Below the pieces are notes generated by a model, which had not been told where the DNA came from, searched no databases, and saw only the letters and a list, made by a program, of their open reading frames with translations. The position numbers were made by a program, and so were the translations under genes. A stretch of 64,000 nt of DNA from Armatimonadota bacterium (GTDB lineage: Bacteria; Armatimonadota; HRBIN16). Within the stretch, counting starts at the first letter, position 1. Every line of letters begins with the position of its first letter. The DNA is taken from positions 4,736,001-4,800,000 of the forward strand of contig OY781964.1 of assembly GCA_963677485.1 (NCBI GenBank), written 5' to 3'. Shown here piece after piece: positions 58,622 through 64,000 of this stretch.

Positions 58622-59705
58622 GGCGCAGCTTAAGGACGCCCAGGTCGTAAAAAGCCTCGTTGGCAAGATACGCCAGCTCCCAGGTCAGTTTCAGATCATG
58701 GAAGTGTGCGGCGGTCAGACACACAGCATTGTCCGCAATGGAATAGACCAACTTCTGGATGGCATAGTCACCCTTCTGCATGGCCCAGGATGCCCTGTTT
58801 GCGTGACCCCCTCGCACGTAATCGACCAGGCGATTCAGATTGCTCAGATACCCAACACAATCATCTGCACATATGGCGACATGATGCGTGTAGCTGGCTC
58901 CGGCCTCGACTTGCTGGCCATGAAGGCCAGAGGTGCTGATGTGCGCATCATCTATTCAGGCATGGAAGTGCTGACGATCGCGGAGCAAAACGCGGAGCAT
59001 CAAGTGGTGTTTTTCGGTGTAGGGTTTGAAACCACCTCACCCATGCATGCGGCATTAGTGCTGATGGCAGAGCAGCGGCATCTCACCAACATATCGTGGT
59101 TATTCTCCCACTACCGTGTGCCGCCGGTTCTTGAGGCGTTACTCTCACAGTCCGACTGTCCGGTGCAAGGTTTCCTCGCGGCGGGTCATGTGTGTACGGT
59201 GATGGGCACTTGGGAATACGAAGCCATATGTGAAAAGTATCACATACCTATTGCTGTGTGTGGGTTTGAACCCGTTGAGATACTGAGTGCCAGCTACTCG
59301 TTATGCCAGATGATAGCCAAAGGTGAGGCTGGAGTCAGTAACGACTACAAGACCGTAGTGAAGCCTGAAGGTAACGAGCGGTCTCAGCAGATTCTGTCAC
59401 AGGTATTTGATGTCTGCGACCAACCGTTCCGAGGGATTGGAACCATCCCTGCGGCTGGGTTTGAACTGAAGCAAGAGTATAGACATCTCGATGCCAGGCA
59501 TCGTTTCGCGATACAGATTGTGGAGACGGAACCATTCACTGGCTGTCAAGCCGGTGAGGTGTTACGTGGCCGGATCAAGCCAAACCAGTGTCCCCTCTTC
59601 GGCGTTACATGTGACCCAGATAGGCCAAAAGGCGCCCCTATGGTGAGCGGAGAAGGTGCCTGTGCCGCGTATTATCGCTACCGACGTATTGAGGTGTTGC
59701 TTTGA
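58608..59705 (+). CDS. hypD: Hydrogenase maturation protein
   Basis: MEVCGGQTH, GPGCPVC, GFETT, PMVS.EGAC. Confidence 0.96.
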   Translation: MALSKAQLKDAQVVKSLVGKIRQLPGQFQIMEVCGGQTHSIVRNGIDQLLDGIVTLLHGPGCPVCVTPSHVIDQAIQIAQIPNTIICTYGDMMRVAGSGLDLLAMKARGADVRIIYSGMEVLTIAEQNAEHQVVFFGVGFETTSPMHAALVLMAEQRHLTNISWLFSHYRVPPVLEALLSQSDCPVQGFLAAGHVCTVMGTWEYEAICEKYHIPIAVCGFEPVEILSASYSLCQMIAKGEAGVSNDYKTVVKPEGNERSQQILSQVFDVCDQPFRGIGTIPAAGFELKQEYRHLDARHRFAIQIVETEPFTGCQAGEVLRGRIKPNQCPLFGVTCDPDRPKGAPMVSGEGACAAYYRYRRIEVLL

Positions 59706-60718
59706 ATTGCGCCTTACCCTACCAGGAACGTAACATCATCACCCTGGCCCATGGCGGCGGCGGGCGTGTGTTCCACCAACTGCTGGCCGGTGAAATATCC
59801 AGCCGGTTCCCTAAAGGCTCAGGGCATGATGCGGCCACATTCCCCACCTCAGGCAACTGGGCGATGACCACAGATTCGTATGTCATCACCCCGCGGATAT
59901 TCCCGGGTGGCGATATCGGTAAGCTGGCGGTCTGTGGCTCGGTGAACGACCTAGCCATGGGTGGTGCCAAGGCGAAATACCTGACACTTGGACTGATCAT
60001 CGAAGAAGGGCTGCCGATGGATGAATTGCGGATTATCCTGGACAGCATCGCCAGCACCTGCGCTCGAGCTGATGTGGACATCATCACAGGCGATACCAAG
60101 GTCGTGGACCGCGGCCGTGGAGACGGTCTTTACATCAACACCACAGCGGTCGGCGAGGTGCTCTCCCATCACTTCGTTCATCCGAACCAGGTGAAACCCG
60201 GTGATGTGGTCATCGTGAGCGGAGATGTCGGCAGGCATGGTGCAGCAGTAATGGCTAGCCGCCAATCACTGCAGTTCGACAGCGAGATCACCAGCGATTG
60301 CGGGTTATTGCATGAGACCGCCCTGGAGCTTTGCCAGTCCCTGGAAGTGCATTGCATGAGGGACCTGACTCGCGGCGGCCTTGCCAGTGCGCTGATTGAA
60401 GTGGCACAAGAGTCAGGCACGGGCACGTCCATTTCCGAGGAGCTGATCCCGGTCACTGAGCACGTTGCATCCTTTTGCGATATATTAGGATTAGATCCCG
60501 TCTATGTGGCCAATGAAGGCCGCTTTGCGGTGTGGCTGCCAGCTTCTGAGGTCGATCAAGCGTTAAAAATCATGCATCACCATGAGATATCATCTGGTGC
60601 CTGCGTCATCGGGGATGTTAGGCAGACAACAGCCTACCCTGTCACAATGGTCACACCGTATGGCACCCATCGCCCGCTGGACATGATGAGCGGCGAGCAA
60701 CTCCCAAGGATTTGTTAA
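59702..60718 (+). CDS. hypE: Carbamoyl dehydratase
   Basis: HGGGG, TTDS, GDIGKL, GDTKV, RDLTRGG, C-terminal PRIC. Confidence 0.96.
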   Translation: MNCALPYQERNIITLAHGGGGRVFHQLLAGEISSRFPKGSGHDAATFPTSGNWAMTTDSYVITPRIFPGGDIGKLAVCGSVNDLAMGGAKAKYLTLGLIIEEGLPMDELRIILDSIASTCARADVDIITGDTKVVDRGRGDGLYINTTAVGEVLSHHFVHPNQVKPGDVVIVSGDVGRHGAAVMASRQSLQFDSEITSDCGLLHETALELCQSLEVHCMRDLTRGGLASALIEVAQESGTGTSISEELIPVTEHVASFCDILGLDPVYVANEGRFAVWLPASEVDQALKIMHHHEISSGACVIGDVRQTTAYPVTMVTPYGTHRPLDMMSGEQLPRIC

Positions 60719-60722
60719 AGGA

Positions 60723-62006
60723 TTGACAAGAACACCAACGGGTCACAACCCATTTTCGGTCAGCATTCTAGTGGCATATGGGCTAGAGTCACAGATTGAT
60801 CTGTCTGCCTGCCTTTCCGCCATCAAAGCGGGCCAAAGCGTGAGCTATATAGCATCACCTTCTGAACTGCCTGTCATATGTAAAGCGATTGACCAATGCC
60901 ACCATGTCATGCCATATGTCAACATCACCTGGGCCAATTTCACCCAGATGACCGCACACCACCAAGATGCATTGATCATCCCATTGTGCAGTCTGTCTCA
61001 TATGCCGTCCGTCCCTCAGGGCGAAATGAGCATCTACTACGCCTTTGGAACTCACACAGGCAGGATCATTGGCCGTCAACTGCGCCAAATGGGTTACCCT
61101 GGCAGCCACATCATCGAGTTTGACGACGGAACATGCCTGACGGTCGACCACTTAGCTGATGGTAAGCTGACCACTAAGTGGCCTGTTTGGGTGACGGTAC
61201 CCGCGCTGCACATCACACAACGTTCTGATGTACAAGGCCTGCTGGATATCGTCGCCAAACTACGATCACCGGACGGCTGCCCATGGGACAGAGAACAAGA
61301 TCATCTCACCCTTCGCCCCTGCATGACTGAAGAAGCTGTGGAAGTGATCGACGCCATCAACGAAGGCAGCCATGAATCGCTTGTGGAAGAGCTGGGTGAC
61401 GTATTACTTCAAGTGGTGATGCACGCTCAACTCCTATCGGAAACAACCGAATACGACATCAATGATGTGGTCAGGACTATTTGCGAGAAACTGGTACGTC
61501 GGCATCCGCATGTATTCGGTAGTTTAGAATTAGTTGATTCCCAAGCTGTTCTTATCAACTGGGATGCGATAAAATCTAAAGAGAAAGCGGATAATGAAAC
61601 TAATGGCTCTATTCTGAAAAAGAGCAAGATGTCATTGCCTGCCCTCGCCTACGCACAGGACGTATCGAAGCGAGTCGCCCGTGAAGGGTTTGAGTGGCAG
61701 GAGTTTCAAGGCGTACTTGACAAACTTGAGGAAGAGATACAAGAGCTTTTAGATGCCAAACGGCGCAACGTGACGGACGACATTGAAAATGAAGTCGGCG
61801 ATGTGCTGTTTACTGTCGTGAATCTGGCACGTCATCTGGGCGTAGATTCTGAACAAGCACTACGCAAGATGGTGGGCCGATTTAGGAAGCGGTTCGAGGC
61901 CATGGAAATAATGGCCCGAAACGACCAAAGGGAGCTGCGTTCCCTAAACGCAGAAGAGTGGGACGCATTATGGCGGTCTGCCAAAATGTGCTTAGAATCC
62001 ACTTAA
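60723..62006 (+). CDS. mazG: Nucleoside triphosphate pyrophosphohydrolase MazG with divergent N-terminal extension
   Basis: LRSPDGCPWD..Q, EELGDVLLQV, KL.RRHPHVF, second domain EVGDVLF, KRF. Confidence 0.9.
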   Translation: MTRTPTGHNPFSVSILVAYGLESQIDLSACLSAIKAGQSVSYIASPSELPVICKAIDQCHHVMPYVNITWANFTQMTAHHQDALIIPLCSLSHMPSVPQGEMSIYYAFGTHTGRIIGRQLRQMGYPGSHIIEFDDGTCLTVDHLADGKLTTKWPVWVTVPALHITQRSDVQGLLDIVAKLRSPDGCPWDREQDHLTLRPCMTEEAVEVIDAINEGSHESLVEELGDVLLQVVMHAQLLSETTEYDINDVVRTICEKLVRRHPHVFGSLELVDSQAVLINWDAIKSKEKADNETNGSILKKSKMSLPALAYAQDVSKRVAREGFEWQEFQGVLDKLEEEIQELLDAKRRNVTDDIENEVGDVLFTVVNLARHLGVDSEQALRKMVGRFRKRFEAMEIMARNDQRELRSLNAEEWDALWRSAKMCLEST

Positions 62007-62086
62007 CGCTGGCGCAGCGTAAAACGCATATGCATTATCTGAACCAAACCAAAGCAAGACTAAACTAAGAAACTAAGGTGAGAAAC

Positions 62087-64000
62087 ATGCCGTCAACAAA
62101 ACGCGTTTACCTATTTGCCGAAGGCAAAAAAGAGTGGCGCGACCTCCTGGGTGGCAAGGGTGCTAACCTGGCCGAAATGACCAATATCGGCCTGCCCGTG
62201 CCTCCAGGCTTTACCATCACAACCGAAGCATGCAACGAATACTATGACAACGGCGTACAGATTCCCGAAGGGCTATGGGAAGAAGTCGACGTAGCCATGG
62301 CTCGCATCGAAGAGCAGGCTGGCAAGAAGTTTGGTGACCCCACCAACCCACTGCTCGTTTCGGTCCGTTCAGGTGCCAAGTTCTCCATGCCTGGCATGAT
62401 GGACACAGTTCTTAACCTCGGCCTTAACGAAGTCACCCTGAAGGGTGTGATCGCTCTGACCGGTAACAAGCGATTTGGTTATGACTCCTATCGCCGCTTC
62501 CTCATGATGTTCTCCGACATCGTGCTTTCTGGTGACTACCCTGCACTGAAGAAAGACAAGTTCGAAGAAATCTTCGACGAACTGAAGGAAAAGATCGGTG
62601 CCGAGCAGGATACCGATGTAGACGCCGATCAGCTTGCTGAACTCTGCGAAGACTACAAAAAGTATTACAAGAGCATCATGGGAACCGACTTCCCAACCGA
62701 TCCCCGTGAGCAGCTGCACCTGGCCACCGAAGCTGTTTTCAAAAGCTGGAACAATGAGCGAGCCTTCATCTATCGCAACCGCGAAAAGATTGACCATAAA
62801 CTCGGCACCGCTGTCAACATCCAGACCATGGTCTTCGGAAACATGGGTAACGACTGCGGCACCGGCGTGGCCTTCACCCGTGACGCAGCTACCGGCGAGA
62901 ACAAAATCTACGGCGAGTTCCTGATGAACGCCCAGGGCGAAGATGTTGTGGCTGGTGTTCGCACCCCAGAGCCAGTAGCCCAGCTTGAGCAAGAAAATCC
63001 TGCCATCTACAAAGAGTTCGTCACCTGGGCCAAAACCCTTGAGAACCACTACAAAGATATGCAGGACATCGAGTTCACGATCGAGAAGAGCAAACTCTAC
63101 ATTCTGCAGTGCCGTTCTGGCAAGCGCACCGGCGCCGCGGCTGTCCGCATCGCTGTTGAGCAGGCTAATGAAGGGCTCATCACCAAAGAAGAAGCTGTAC
63201 TGCGCGTAACCTGCGAGCAGCTTGAGCAACTGCTGCACCCGCACCTCGTCAATACCAAGAAGCTGACCCCAATCGCTAAAGGTATGAACGCTGGTCCTGG
63301 TGGAGCTGTCGGCAAGATTGCCCTCGACTCCGAAACCGCCATCAAAATGGCTAGCGAAGGCGAGAACGTGATCCTCGTCCGCCAGATCACCAACCCTGAC
63401 GACCTCGGCGGTATGTTGGCTGCCAAGGGAGTTCTGACCCAGTTGGGTGGCAAGACTTCCCACGCTGCACTCGTTGCTCGCCAGTATGGTATCCCCACAG
63501 TGTGCGGATGCGGTACCCTGCGAATTGACGATAGCAACCGGTCGGTCACCCTGGGTGGAGCGACCTACAAAGAAGGCGATGAGATCTCCATCGATGGTAC
63601 GATTGGTCTAGTTTACGGTGAGGCTCTGGCTACCGAGCCCGCAACCGTGACCGGTTACTTCGGAACCCTGATGGAATGGGCAGACGGCTTCCGTAAGCTG
63701 GGTGTCCGCGCTAATGCCGACTCACCTGAGCATGCTCAGATGGCAATCGAGTATGGCGCAGAAGGTATCGGCCTTTGCCGCACAGAACACATGTTCATGG
63801 ACGACCGCGTGCCAGCTGTCCGTGCCATGATCCTTGCTGAGACCGAAGCCATCCGCGATGCCGCTCTGAACCAGTTGCTGCCTCTTCAGCGCAACGACTT
63901 CGTTGGCATGTTCCAGGTAATGAAGGGTCTACCCATGACCGTTCGCCTGATCGACCCACCGCTTCACGAATTCCTGCCCAAGGCCGCCGATGTGCGTGCT
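62087..64000 (+). CDS. ppdK: Pyruvate, phosphate dikinase (3' end outside window)
   Basis: Read manually: LLGGKGANLAEM, PVPPGF, SVRSGA..SMPGMMDT, phospho-His GGKTSHAA, GIGLCRTEHMF, RLIDPPLHEFLP. Confidence 0.97.
   Translation, partial: MPSTKRVYLFAEGKKEWRDLLGGKGANLAEMTNIGLPVPPGFTITTEACNEYYDNGVQIPEGLWEEVDVAMARIEEQAGKKFGDPTNPLLVSVRSGAKFSMPGMMDTVLNLGLNEVTLKGVIALTGNKRFGYDSYRRFLMMFSDIVLSGDYPALKKDKFEEIFDELKEKIGAEQDTDVDADQLAELCEDYKKYYKSIMGTDFPTDPREQLHLATEAVFKSWNNERAFIYRNREKIDHKLGTAVNIQTMVFGNMGNDCGTGVAFTRDAATGENKIYGEFLMNAQGEDVVAGVRTPEPVAQLEQENPAIYKEFVTWAKTLENHYKDMQDIEFTIEKSKLYILQCRSGKRTGAAAVRIAVEQANEGLITKEEAVLRVTCEQLEQLLHPHLVNTKKLTPIAKGMNAGPGGAVGKIALDSETAIKMASEGENVILVRQITNPDDLGGMLAAKGVLTQLGGKTSHAALVARQYGIPTVCGCGTLRIDDSNRSVTLGGATYKEGDEISIDGTIGLVYGEALATEPATVTGYFGTLMEWADGFRKLGVRANADSPEHAQMAIEYGAEGIGLCRTEHMFMDDRVPAVRAMILAETEAIRDAALNQLLPLQRNDFVGMFQVMKGLPMTVRLIDPPLHEFLPKAADVRA

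Noticed and set aside
62369-63549. Long minus-strand ORFs (364 aa, 150 aa)
   Set aside because: Antisense shadows of ppdK, whose biased codon usage leaves few stops on the opposite strand; no recognisable motifs

Overview
Bacterial chromosomal window, mostly housekeeping genes with one accessory block (about 17-36 kb). Gene order is Firmicutes-like (rpiB-glyA-dCMP deaminase-tagO/mraY-wecB; efp-accB-accC-nusB-folD-ispA; rpsU-pgpH-ybeY-dgkA), but an outer-membrane beta-barrel and a dockerin-like C-terminal domain are present. This combination suggests a diderm Terrabacteria lineage such as Armatimonadota (inference only). Contents: a 7-tRNA operon with a decayed tRNA-Thr relic, ilvD, class II RNR (nrdR-nrdJ with tandem NrdR boxes), a corrinoid reductive activator, a multidomain clan GH-A glycoside hydrolase, a 12-Ig-repeat DUF3494 (ice-binding-type) adhesin, a complete IS21 inserted into a translin/TRAX-family gene, the hyp maturation operon, mazG and partial ppdK. 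Best candidate for an undescribed system: the efp-[8-Cys two-CW membrane protein]-accB*-accC operon, where the BCCP has Ser in place of the biotin-accepting Lys and AccC has an altered active-site loop. Other oddities: a PspA with a Vipp1-like extra C-terminal helix, a NusB with a duplicated helix, a nonsense codon in the beta-barrel gene upstream of the adhesin, and an IS end that may supply a new start for the broken translin. All calls come from manual reading of motifs; no database searches were run.
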